DNA of 59,030 bases, counting the filler, from Catajapyx aquilonaris (taxonomy: Eukaryota): NCBI GenBank assembly GCA_000934665.2. It is 2 parts of 2 records of this genome, joined end to end, with 100 filler letters (N's around TTAATTAATTAA, not from the genome) between each part and the next. Parts side by side here need not be neighbours in the genome. Positions count along the whole stretch, not along the records: positions 1 to 29,473 come from JYFJ02004787.1; 1 more part is not named here. The stretch is one strand, 5' to 3'. The notes under the pieces are model-generated. The model worked only from the letters and a program-made list of their open reading frames with translations, made no database searches and was not told the origin of the DNA. Position numbers and translations under genes: made by a program. Positions within the stretch are counted from its first letter, which is position 1; the number at the start of each line of letters is the position of its first letter. Shown here in pieces: positions 1-11,900 of the stretch.

Positions 1-182
1 ACACCTGCTTAATGGGAGGGGGCGGTCACAAAGAAATAAAAAGTCAATTAAATGATCAAGTGGCTTCGCTTGTGTTGTCCATCCTCTCACACCTCTGAAG
101 AAGTGTTGGGGAAACTGCGAAGAAACAGTCGCCATCTTGGCCAGAGATGTCGGCTGCAATTTTTTTTTCTTTGCCTGACCAC

Positions 183-930
183 AACCGAAGAAGCCCCGGG
201 ATTAGATCCCAGGACCCTTCGATCTAGAGTCCGACGCGTTTCCACAGAACCCAAAGGTGGGCACAGCTAACCGAAAAATCAGCTTCTCTAACAGCTGATC
301 AGCTAATTACAAAAAATTGGATTTGCTAAATAGCTAATGCTAAATCGCTAGAAAATTAGTTAAAGCTAATGCTAACAGCTAACAGCTAAGGTCATTTTTT
401 TTTTGCTTCATACCTAAGCTGATAAAGCCTAGAGAGCATTGCTACACATACGCCCTATTTAGTTATTTAGGCTACTGTTCCGTACAAAAAGTAATAAACA
501 AATCCAGAGGAAAAACTTTCATGTCTCAGAAGAAAGCGACAAAGACAGGCAAGGCGAAATTTATATTAAAAAACTGGTAGCTATAATATAATCTGCGCAC
601 CGAAATGATCGGAAAATAAGTTTTGGCCAGGTAGACAGAGAATTTACACCTAGTCCTGTAAAACTTGTCTATTTTAATCCCTGCGCCTGGAGTGAAAACA
701 ATGCAACTGTAAAAAGGAACAGACAGCGAGACAGGAACACGAATGAATTTTGTTAGCTGAATTTATTTAGCTGCAGTGCGGCACTAATTTAGTGGGAGCT
801 AATTAGTCAGCTAGCGGCCTGAAAAGTTAGAGAAAACAGCTGATCAGCTAGCGAAAAGTTAGTTCAGCTATTAGCTGTTAGCTGATTAGAGGAGCTAATG
901 CCCACCTTTGACAGAACCACGCTCTGCTTC
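183..930 (-). mobile_element. tRNA-derived SINE head interrupted by the hAT-like element
   Basis: Removing 252-918 reconstitutes GAAGCAGAGCGTGGTTCTGTGGAAACGCGTCGGACTCTAGATCGAAGGGTCCTGGGATCTAATCCCGG with A-box and B-box-like motifs. Confidence 0.65.
252..910. mobile_element. Non-autonomous hAT-like DNA element
   Basis: TIR CAAAGGTGGGCA / TGCCCACCTTTG, 8-bp TSD ACAGAACC (244-251, 911-918), subterminal arrays of CAGCTAA/TTAGCTG. Confidence 0.85.
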
Positions 931-2115
931 AACGAAACTGTGGGTGGCAAGAAGGTCTAGCCTATTTATTACCAGATGCACTTCAAAGAGAAATAAATGT
1001 GAAATGAGAGATGAAGTAACAGCGAGAAAGGTCCATAGCGATAAAAAGAAACGAAGCCTTTCTTTCAGGATTCGATCCCTAGAAACTATATGAACACTTA
1101 ATTTCTTCTTTTTTTCATCTTGATAAAAGAAGTGTTTTACTTAGTGTTTTGAAAAATGCTTTCGTTCGAGAGAATGGTGGAAAGATATACAAAAATTGTA
1201 ATAAATTAATGGCGAATTGAAATTGGGTGGAGGTCTTGGAGTTTTCTTTTTTTTAACTTCAAGGGGAGGGGGAAAGGGTTGAATTAGTTTTATGATGTAC
1301 AAGACATCACAGAAGACACAATAATCCCATCCCACATGTCCTCGCTTCTCTCACTCTTTGGCTCAATCATCACATCATCATCATCATTGTCATCAGTCAG
1401 CACACAAAAAACACTATGTCGCACCAAGCATCCTCATGCACCTTATACTGGCACGAGTACTAAAACCTCTCCCCGTTCTATAGGCCTACTCATCATCACT
1501 TCTTTTTTTGTTGTTGTCTCAAATCCATTTTTAAGCAATCAAGTCGATCGAGGCTTACATGCCATCAGGGGGGTCAAAGGTTGTGTATACTCCTTAGGTA
1601 CTTCTTGAATTTGGTACTCCGGTGTACATTTTACAGTCGAGTGGGTACCCCCTCGGCTAAGTATATCATGGCATAAAGTTGGGGCATCTTGGGTGCAGCA
1701 TATGTGGCCATTAAGCAGAAACATTTGCATTCGCAATGACAGCTCTGCCCCAGCAGCAATGAACCCACGCCCTGCAAAGCAGATTGGGTGGCTAGGAGTA
1801 ACATGTATAATGCCTGCTGCTAGTGCTGCAGCCATGTTGTTGCTTCCTTCCTTTGTTTTTTGAATAGGGGAAAATTCAGAGACTGACATTAAAGTGGGGT
1901 CATCAGGAAGTAATTTAAAAAAAGGAAAGAAAGGATCCATCATCCCGAACAGGCACTGGCCTGTGTAGCCAACAGTCTGTTGTTTATGCATCGACTCCCA
2001 CTCACTGTCAGACAAGGAAGGGATAACATGTATGTTAATGATGCATCTCTCAATCATAACTCACAAATCAAAACAAATTCAAATGCATAGTTCGTAGGAA
2101 AATTTTCCTTTGTAT

Positions 2116-2270
2116 GTGGGTTGAGTCAAAAGTCATTTCAAGTATTTTTAAATTCAAAAATGGTAATACATAGAGAGATGAACCGCACTAAGTTTTGAAG
2201 CTCCGGCGATTACAATTTGATGGGGCATATAGATGTCGCCCGAATTGCAAGGGGTGCCAGGAAACAAAAT
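2116..2270. repeat. Fragment of the dispersed fold-back family also at 45280-45620
   Basis: TGAGTCAAAAG...AAAAATGGTAA...CCGGCGATTACAATTTGA...TATAGATG aligns with 45283-45425. Confidence 0.65.
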
Positions 2271-2887
2271 GGGATCACAACCCCCTAGCTCACCATCACC
2301 CTAAGACGGCCCGAGCCTGATGTGCTTGGAGCTGTTGAACGCTGCAAGCTGGAAACTTGGAAATGGACAACATAGGAGCTTGATTTCGAGTGTGATACAT
2401 GTCAGAGCACCATGACCCGACCCATGTATCATCCATATCCACAATCCATTTATTAAAAACCATTGCCCTCACTTCGACCTAGTTCTACATGTTTTTTTGG
2501 CGAGGGTAAAGCAGGGCCACTTTTGCACCTCAGAGAGATGGTGAGAAACCAATGAGGATGCCAACATACTGTATAAGGTGAATAATCAGGGATGGTGGGA
2601 GGTAAAAATATTATAGTGATTACATAATCAGTACCACAGTATTTTATTACTTGAATACATAACTAGGCTCTAGAGAATAATAGGTTAAGGACGCTGAATT
2701 ATGAGCCTGCCTTGTCAAAGGCACAGACTATAAATGGTTGCTACCATATTCTAATTAGTATACTGAAACAGGCACAGCTTGTTACAGAAGGTTTTTGAAA
2801 GAAACCTGCAATAAGCGTGACTTGTGGAAGCAACCCTTCATGCCATGGCTTACAAATATGCTCTATGATTATCCCAAGTCCAGAACA

Positions 2888-4754
2888 CTATTCATGGTAT
2901 GGATTATGCAGCGACTGGATAGACCCCAGCCTTGCCGGGTCCTGCGATGGGTAGTGGATGGTGGGAGGTGGTCCTGGAGGTGGCGGAGGGGCCACGGTGC
3001 CAGGAGGAGCAACCTGGCTGGGCAAAGGGGGAGGAGGACCAATGCCTGGGATTGGTGGCTGTGGGGGTGGGAAGAATGGCGGGGGAGGGGCAAACATAGG
3101 TGGAGGATGATGCATCTGCGGGGGTGGAGGTGGTGGAGGCTGAGGCGGGGGGACTGGCATGGGTGGCGGAGGGGCTTGCGACGCAGCAAGTGCCACCGGT
3201 GGAGGGGCCTGCAAGTTGAAGAAATCATGAGGAAGATGGTCTGGCGGTAGGGGAAGTGCTGCTGGCAGGCCAGGCACTGGCTCCAATGGATTCCCTCCAC
3301 CCTCCGGTATGATACCTCCTCCATGTGATCCACCATCTCCGCTTCCAGATTCCGCCCCCATCCGGCCTTGACTCCGACCCCACTTGATGGACAGGCGGCG
3401 CCCTTGCAATATCAACTTATTGAACGTGTGCTCCGCGGCCAGTTCAGCAGCAGCACGCGATGTGAACTGGACGAAGGCGCACTGCTGGCGTGTCACAACG
3501 CTTATGCTGCGAATCTCACCATACTGGTAGAAGTGGTCCCTGTGGTTACAAATTAAAGATTGTTAGTAGCACAAACCTCAGTTAGCTCAAGGTTTCAGAC
3601 ACCAAGAATAAGGGTTCCACAATAAAAGACAGTAGAAAATGATCTGAACCAACCTGAGTTCCTTATCTCCAATGCGATCACCAAGATTTCCAACGTAAAG
3701 TGTCGTAATAGACAGGTCATCAGGTGGTGCTAAGCAAGGCATCTGAGCTGCTCTCCTCAGAAGTTTCTCAGCCACAGGGTCGTTGACACCGTAGTATCTG
3801 TCCTTAATGTTCTGGTCGGCCAGTGGATCCTCAGGATCCGTGGGCTTCTCATGCCGGTAGGGACACTCCTCCCCACGCTTGCATTCCCCTTTAACCCAGA
3901 AGGAGCAAATGTGAGGGCGGTTACGCTTGTAGTATGGTGTGGTTCGGGCTAGTTTCAGCAACAGGTCAGATGCAGCTGCTGCTTTGGAGGCTGCAGACAC
4001 AGCTGCTATGGCTCCTGGACCACCAATTGCAGCACCCACTGCTCCCACTGGAGTAGTGCCATCTGTCTGCGATATCTAATCCAAAGAAAAACACCAATAA
4101 ATGCACTAATGCTCAGGAACGCTTAACACTAAGTTATGTCAGTGCGACATGAAAATTGCCCAGCGAATTAAACAGTCCACAAGATGTGGGCAATGTTTAT
4201 AACAGAGCGGTATCATTTCTGGGCCAGGAAACACTGTTCCGAATTGAACTGACCTGCCTATCGACGTTCTGAATGTAGTACTCCTTATTGACGTCCGACC
4301 TGGGCAGCTCCTCCTTGATCTTGAGTGCAGCATCTCTGACCTGGATGGGCAGCCCATACTCCAAGTCCAGCAGGCAAGTCTGGCAGACGTTCTTCATCTT
4401 GGAGCATGTCTGGCAAACCTCTGTCTTCTTGAACCTCATGCGTGCACCGGGGCACCACCTGAAGACGGTGAAGGGCCTGGAGCAAATCTTGCATTCCTTC
4501 CCGTACCGCTCCTTGGTCATCCGTATGTACGGGTTGTCTCCCAGGCATGTCTGGCACAGCACAGGAAACTCCTGCAATGGGAAAGATGAGAAGTGAGCCC
4601 CATTCACACAGCCAAATGCATTGTAATTCTATTGCAATGAGCTTCTAAAGTACAGAAGGTGGGCATGTGAAGCCTTGGCGGTATGGGCATGAGTACTCAC
4701 GGCGTCCTCCCAGTTCTGCCGGTTGTAAGTGTTCGTCCCCTTGGAGGTGGCCAT
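2888..4754 (-). CDS. RBM22: Pre-mRNA splicing factor RBM22 (Slt11/Cwc2 family), 4 coding exons
   Basis: Exons (minus) 4754-4701, 4571-4254, 4075-3654, 3539-2888, all GT-AG and phase-consistent. Protein [36 protein letters not shown]..., CCCH finger ([19 protein letters not shown]), RRM (TTLYVGNL...CAFVQF), Pro-rich tail ending [18 protein letters not shown] on minus at about 2449-2454. Confidence 0.97.
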
Positions 4755-4939
4755 CTCCCCTGGAAGCCCGGGGTATCACGGGCAAACAATACAGCCTCCG
4801 GTATCGCAGCACAATGGAGAACAAGACGCCAGAGACACACGGACGGACGCGGACCAAACTGTGATCAACGTAGACTGGTGGCTTGGGGTGCGTTCAGTAA
4901 TTTCAACCACCTACCCCCAACTGTTCACCCTGCATGAAA

Positions 4940-5080
4940 GCGTGTCTCTGCGCATGACTGGATGGACATGCGATGTGTTCATTCGTCAGATGTCTGAAAT
5001 GTCTGAAACTCTGATTGGACTAACGCTATAGTAACGCGTTGGCTCACGTACACTAGAACATGTAAACGTATGACGTCAGG
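4940..5080 (-). promoter_or_regulatory. RBM22 promoter motifs
   Basis: TGCGCATG at about 4949, CCAAT box at about 5014 and TGACGTCA at about 5071, upstream of the CpG-rich first exon. Confidence 0.45.
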
Positions 5081-5908
5081 ATGAAACTATTAAAACGCAC
5101 CTAGTTTGATTATTCCAAGGCTGAAATAACCTAGCTGTTATTTCCAACCAGGTAGCCAACTGCGAGAAATAATACTTGTAATCAATTATTCGATTTATTA
5201 GGTTAGCAATTGCACTGTACTCCCGATTATCCGTGCATTGCCAAAAATAATAAACATTCAAGCCCGAAAAAATGATAAAATACCACCCATCACTTCAACT
5301 CGCCGTAAAGGTCATTTCTAGGCCGAAAATGGAAAAAAGACCTGCGCCATACTACAGTATTTTTTGGTGCAACTTGTGTATCGATTGAATCCTTTTTTGC
5401 CGCCACAGAAATGTAGACATGTCGAATCCTCCTATGGTCTGAAGCCACTAGATGAGAGTCTATAAGGTTCAAACCAGGTTCAAACGGAGGGCAGGAAGTG
5501 GGGGACAAACAAGTCTTGATCACTCAGGTCATGGGCCATCCTGGTTGTAAGGGGGTGGCACGTACACTTTGTTGCATCTTTCTGAAACAACTCATGTTAT
5601 GGTCATGCTACCCATCAACCTCTACAAGTGTGGCATTCTTTGGTGGTGACACCTTGGAGCTGTGACATGAATGAAAGCATACATCAAGTGGTAGGTACGT
5701 GAACATTTATTCTCCCAACACAATCATACACAAATTCACGCCTACGTAAAGACATCAAATGTGTTATGATGATCCAGTATGGCAAAAATGATGGGCAGGA
5801 AAAAAAATATAAAAAAAAGACACATAAGCCTTACTGGTTTGAATAAAAATAACATCAGAACGAAAATCAAGATGCACAATAAAGAATACATGTGCTCAGT
5901 TTTGTGTT

Positions 5909-8900
5909 TCAGAAGGAGCTGTAGTTGGATCCCCCCATTTGGCTTCCAAACCCAATGCTGCTGCTCATGCTGTAACTGCTTGGGCGGAAGCTGCTTCCCA
6001 TGCCTAGGAGACAACAAGAACACACATCATTCTTACACTGAATTGGTCACGGAAGGAAATTTAACACCAAATATTGGTAGGATCGGCCAAAATGCATTTT
6101 AAACCTATTCTAGCATTATCCTATTAAATGACATTTTCATTAAAATTACAGAAATCTTCCAACTCTGAATCAAGCAATCACACTAGCTTTTCCCAAAAGA
6201 AGTTAGGGGCCGGAAGACAACACCAACCTCCATTGTAGGAGCCAGTGGAGTAACCGGAACTCATGGTCGAGAAGGTGGCACCAGCAGATCCCATGGCAGA
6301 AGGTCCCATGGCACCAGGACCTCCCAGGGGTGAATTGGCTCCCAGACCATTGTCCGGGGAGGAGTTCAGGAACAACTCAATGTATCGGTGCTGCATGTTT
6401 GCCTTGTCCTGTCAACCATAGAAGGAAATAGTATCAGGGATGAACATAGGACAACCACCTGAAACCCTGCCGACTGTAGAGTATGCAGAGTATGCCTCAC
6501 CTTGGCCATGGCCTTGACTGCCTCGTCGTGGCTGGCAAACTCAACGTCTGCTTCTCCTGATGCTCGGCCAGTGTTGTCATATATCAGTCGGATGTTTACC
6601 GGTGTCAGTGGATGAAAGAACTGGTTGATGGAATGAAAGTTAACATTAGGCCATGTATCCACCTTAAAGAGCTAACCACTCAGGGAATTGGGAATGAAGA
6701 TGTGGAGGTGTGGACAATAGGTACATGTACAAAAGGTGCAAAAGGCAAGTGCAATTTACCATCCAGTGAACCTAAAGGGGCAGGATCCAGGAATTAGTGA
6801 GTGAGAATGACATGTCCCCCTGAACTTGTGCAAATCTTAGCATAAACTGAACCAAGACATAGCAGCACTGGTATTAATTTCTTTGTCTGACAATCTCATT
6901 TCGTGTGAAATGATAATGGCATGCATGTGTCAAGAAAAGTAACATGAATTTTATGCAGTTCCACATACCTGTGCCATGCAAACACATCCCCACGCACCAA
7001 GAATATATCAAAAGTCGTGCTCACCTCAGCAATCTCAGACTCGCTGGACCTGAATGGCAGTCCCCTCATGTGCACGCAGTGTCCTCCGCTGCCACCCTGC
7101 CAGGACGCTCCTCCCCCTCCAGCCCCACCCCCACCTGACCCACCCGACCCTCCTCCTCCACTACCTCTTCCAAGATACCCGCCCTTGAGAGGCCCTCCCC
7201 CACCACCCCCACCCCCTCCAATCCTCCCGCCTCCACTTGGCCCTCTCCCACCACCTCCACCGCCGCCCCATGAGCTGTCCCCGTAGCTCCAGTTCTCCTC
7301 GAAATCCCCGTAGCCGTCCATCCCTGCATTGCATTGACTCTTGGTGGTTCACTAAATCCGACCATTCATTCCCAAACCCATGCCCAAACCCTCACACATC
7401 TCTCCTGACACACTGTCAAAAAAAAACAGTCCCACCCCAACACCCAACCCTCAATTATATCCTAAGCAACAGACTCTGATGGGTTGCAAATGGTGACCTC
7501 GGCCAAGTGTAGGTCAGCATTACTTAAGCAAATAATTGCCCCGGTATATTTACATGTACACAAAAAGCAAGCAATCAACATATCTGCCACAGATTTGAGA
7601 ATCTGCTTGTCGCAAGTTTAGCACACACACTACGCAATAAATCGCTTTCAATACCAGGCCAATGTTTGTACTTCCAACCCATCAAAGTGGGGTCCAGGTG
7701 CCAATTGACATGCAACGTGTCGCGTCCACCATCCAATACCTAAAACCCACCCGTACCCCCTCATCCCCCCAAGCGCTCTGACCTAACCCCCACACCACCA
7801 CATCCCCCCGGAATATTGCACCTCAATTGGCCACTGAACCCAACCAACAAAGCAAGAAAAAAAACTTGTGATTAGCCCTGCAAATAACAGTCTTGCATTA
7901 TGACACGCTTTTTATTACATTAAGCTTCACTTAAACCTCTTCAGAGGGTGGGAGCTTATAAGTAAGAGACATCATCATATCCTGTCAAAATTAATCTCAC
8001 CCTTGTTTTTCACTCTGTCCACATTCACTCACAAAGCTAAACCTAAAACCCCTAGTTCAAAAGGTCACAACAGCTAGTAGTACAAGTGAAAAACTAAGAT
8101 AGTTTAAAAAAAAAAACAAACACAAGTGAATCTGTGGCAAAACCACTTGCATGATTTCAGGAATGTAACTTTTCCTGCTCTTTACACTCTCAAACGTTAC
8201 TGTAGTTCTTTCGAACCAATCACACTTAAAAGTAAACTTTATTTTCGCTCGGTTTTTCTGTATTGGGGGAGCTTTTTCCTCTGCTTTTCTTTGTGATTAT
8301 GAGGGTTCCTTCAATCGTGGAACGCTGTAACGAGAGTTTTCGAGTCATCACTGCCTTTGCCTTCTACAATTTCAACCTCCCTTAACCCCCACAAATTGTT
8401 AGCCATTACTTTTGTTTAATACCTTTACTGCAATGTAATCAACTGGACATACAAGCACATCTCAATGGATGTTGCAGTTCAATTCGTAATTATTTTTATT
8501 GATGTTTTGGTTCGAGGCCAATTTGGAAATCGACATTTACATTATGTACACTTCCCTTGTCTCCCATATAATGAGATATGAACAACAGCATGGTTACCAC
8601 ACCACAAGGCATTGAAAAGGTCAGCATGTTGCTGCTGTGGTCATCCCCTTTACCACTATCAACCAAATTGCAATGCCCTCCCTACCAAATCTTTAATAGT
8701 CACCACAATTACAATTGCCTCACTTGCCGAGAGTAAAGAAATCCTTAGCACTATGAGTGCATTTATAACTTGTGGCAGATACGATAGTGTGGTAGGCTTG
8801 CAGTTGTACACTTTTGAGACCATATAGAAATTTATGTACAAGTTCTTCATAAACATTTGCAATGTAATGCATTCCTAAGCAAATACCTCCTCAAATTATG

Positions 8901-11900
8901 ATTGAGCAATTATGCCTGCTGCTCCTTTTGGCAGTAATAATCCAATTCAAACAGAGGACTGCAACATCTCTCAAGCCGCACTGAAACTCATTGCACTGTA
9001 TTGTCATAATCAGCGTCACTACATTTGGCTACCCCAATCCTAAAGAACTGTAGCAAATAAGGCAGGGAATATGTAGGGCACCTCTTTCGCTTTGCATACT
9101 AAGGTTATTGGTGGAAAGGGTGCATAATTGGGTGAATGGGACATTCGAAAGCCAACAAGGCTTCATGTTTAACGTCGCACCTTGTGCACATAATTCAGAC
9201 CTGAAAATAAATGAGGCGGTATTGTAATTCCCCATTAGATGTTGTTTCCAGAAATAATTGCACAATCGTTTATTTCATTAAATGCTATTTTAAGGAGCAA
9301 CATGCAGCTGTAAAAAGTGGAGCCTTGTCCATCATCACTGTAAAAATTAAGTGAAATTCCTGCTCATTCCTTCTCACCCTGTATTCCCTTGACATGTAAA
9401 AAGATTTTTGCTACATTTTGACAATGATACCGTCCTGTCTATAGTCACTATTTTGGAATTCTAGCATTCACCTTTTCAGTCAACTAGAACACACCCTTTC
9501 CACGAAAACTCTTAATGCCAAGAGTAGGTTAGGTGTTCCACATATTCCATGTGTTATTTGCTAGGACTCTTGTTTGCAGTCACTGCTACTTCAACGTCCT
9601 CCAAGAAGGCAAAGTCATGAAGCCCAACTTCAGGGTTCCAAAACCGGACTCATCAGATTTAAGCACATAATCTGGTATCAAGCCTAATGTCACCAATTAA
9701 CTTATAAGCGGTCCTAATGTGGCAAAAGAAAATAATCTACAATCTACAAAGAATATCAGACCTTCCATAAAACGAACATAATTGGAAGTCCATTTAGGAC
9801 GTTGACTTAAATGAACCTGGTACAAAACACGCAAGTCTCTTTTTCTAAATCAAAATTTCAGGTGGAACTTTTCCCTCATTCAATATGGAAGATCCACTAA
9901 ATCGCAGGTCTGGTCAACAACTCCACAGCTAACCTGAGCTTACCCAACATTGGACACCTGTAAACCGCCGCCAGTTACATTCTTATTATTAAGTTGGAAA
10001 ATGCTTCTTGTAATAAGCATAGGGACAGTTAATTAAAACTTTGGGTTTTAAAGACTGATGCCAACTGTGCTGGGAAAGTTGCAGAAGAAGGTCACGTAAT
10101 TAACAAGTGTACAAAGCCGAGCAAACACAGCTTGCTTTGAAGTTGTAATGACCATTCACTGACAACTTAACTTGCCCAAAAAACCATACAAAACACATGC
10201 ACCACTAACACAATCAATATTGTACAGGACACTCACCCTTGAAGGACCTGGATCCTCTCCCAACAAATCGGTTCATTCCACCGAACCTGTCTCCACGATC
10301 ATATGGTGCAGGCCTCACACCAAAGCCCAAGGGTCGCATCTTTGGGCCCATGGCAGCTCTCACCTCGGACAAGCTACTGCGGAAGATCTCAATGTACCTG
10401 CGTGGTGGTAGGCAGGCAAGCAGGCAGGCAGCAGCCAGAGGGGAATGAATCCCGACGTCACAGGTGATTTTAACAAAATTGGGAGGCAAGGAATATTAAG
10501 GTCGGGTCGGGGTGAGGGCAAGAGGAAGAGAAAAAGTCCCAAGTTAGTGCCATGATCAGGGCAAAGGAAGGTAACACGTCACACAAAGGAGTGGTCTGAT
10601 CAGCTTGGCCAGATACACTTGGCACTAACTAGAGGGAGGTGACTAGGATGTGTCACTTTAGCTCAAAGTGTCAGGCAATTAACTTCCTTTAATTGAAGAA
10701 TGACTTCAGTCAAACACTAAACTCGATCATAGCTTCGGAAACTGGTTGAGCATTTTCATTCCCTTTATATCGAAACTGCATAGGATGCCCCTAAAATAAA
10801 TCAACAAATTCCATGCATTAAATCAGAACACAAAAACAAACAAATCACCTGACTATTTTAAAAGGCTGTTCTCACCTCACCTCTGCAGTTAAAAGCTTGA
10901 GTGCTCCAACAATGTCAAACCAATGAAATATTATTATGTTCCGCAAAAACCTGCCCATAATTACTGTCTGAGACACAAGACCAGGGAACGCGGAGAAATG
11001 CAGATACTACGTAGTCTCAGATCCATTTCCGAGAGTGAACAAAGCTGCACTGAAACCCTTTGATCAGAGGCCTCAAACATCTGGAAATGTACTGTGATTA
11101 ATTGGTCTTTTAACAGGGCTTTTATAAAGGGTCTCTTGTAAAGCCACGATAATTTACTTCCTAGATGGCCAAATTGCATTATTATTGTTGAGTATACCTT
11201 GCAATTATAGTTGCCATCATAGCTCAAATTACCCTGCCTGCAGTGCCAACAACTCAAATGTTTTTAGAGGCAGACAGAGAAAAGCAAAGGGAAAAAGTAA
11301 TCTTGGTAGGTTTTGCATACACAGGTTTGCACTGAAGCTTTCAACTGCACACTGTCTATGCCATGTGCATAAGGCCAAATGGTTGTAAAGGGTTGGTTGG
11401 TCCAAAGGCATTCAGACACTGCAACTATTAAAAACCTGGACTCAATCAGCTTGTTGCTATGTCACAGTGTCTGCATGTTACACTCTTGAGAAGTACGTAG
11501 TAAGATGGTCACATGACCAAAGAAATTGAAAAAATCACAACCCAATAATAGGAAGCAACTGACAGAACATGCTTTTTTTTTTTCTTTCAAAAACTGCAGA
11601 TGTAAACTGCAAACTGGGGGCTCGTATCACCAACAAAATTTTAAAAAAATATCTACCTGCAACGCATCAAAAACCCCAGAGCATTTCAAAAAAAAAAAAA
11701 AACATTATTAATACAAATGCAACAGACTTACCAATAGCAAAATTTCAGGTGGCAAGTGCTGTGCTCAGTTTTCAATAATTATTAACATGATGATACTATC
11801 ATTACTTAAGAGGTTTAGAATGGTGCACTTTTAACGCCTGAAAATTTTGCAAACTTTTTTCTCTCACTTTACATTTGACGAAAATCTACAAATGCGTTAT

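Noticed and set aside
95..135. Hammerhead-like CTGAAGA...GAAAC motifs (also 32718-32760 and minus 9620-9657)
   Set aside because: Stem II does not abut GAAA, and stems I and III cannot be formed properly.
252..910. Short repeated motifs suggestive of a CRISPR-like array
   Set aside because: They are irregular subterminal repeats of a TIR element in eukaryotic DNA, with no constant repeat-spacer period.
2795..3336. Long ORFs overlapping the RBM22 last exon (and 7017-7286, 7066-7365 over the hnRNP Gly-rich exon)
   Set aside because: Shadow frames of GC-rich Pro/Gly codons; no independent gene signals.
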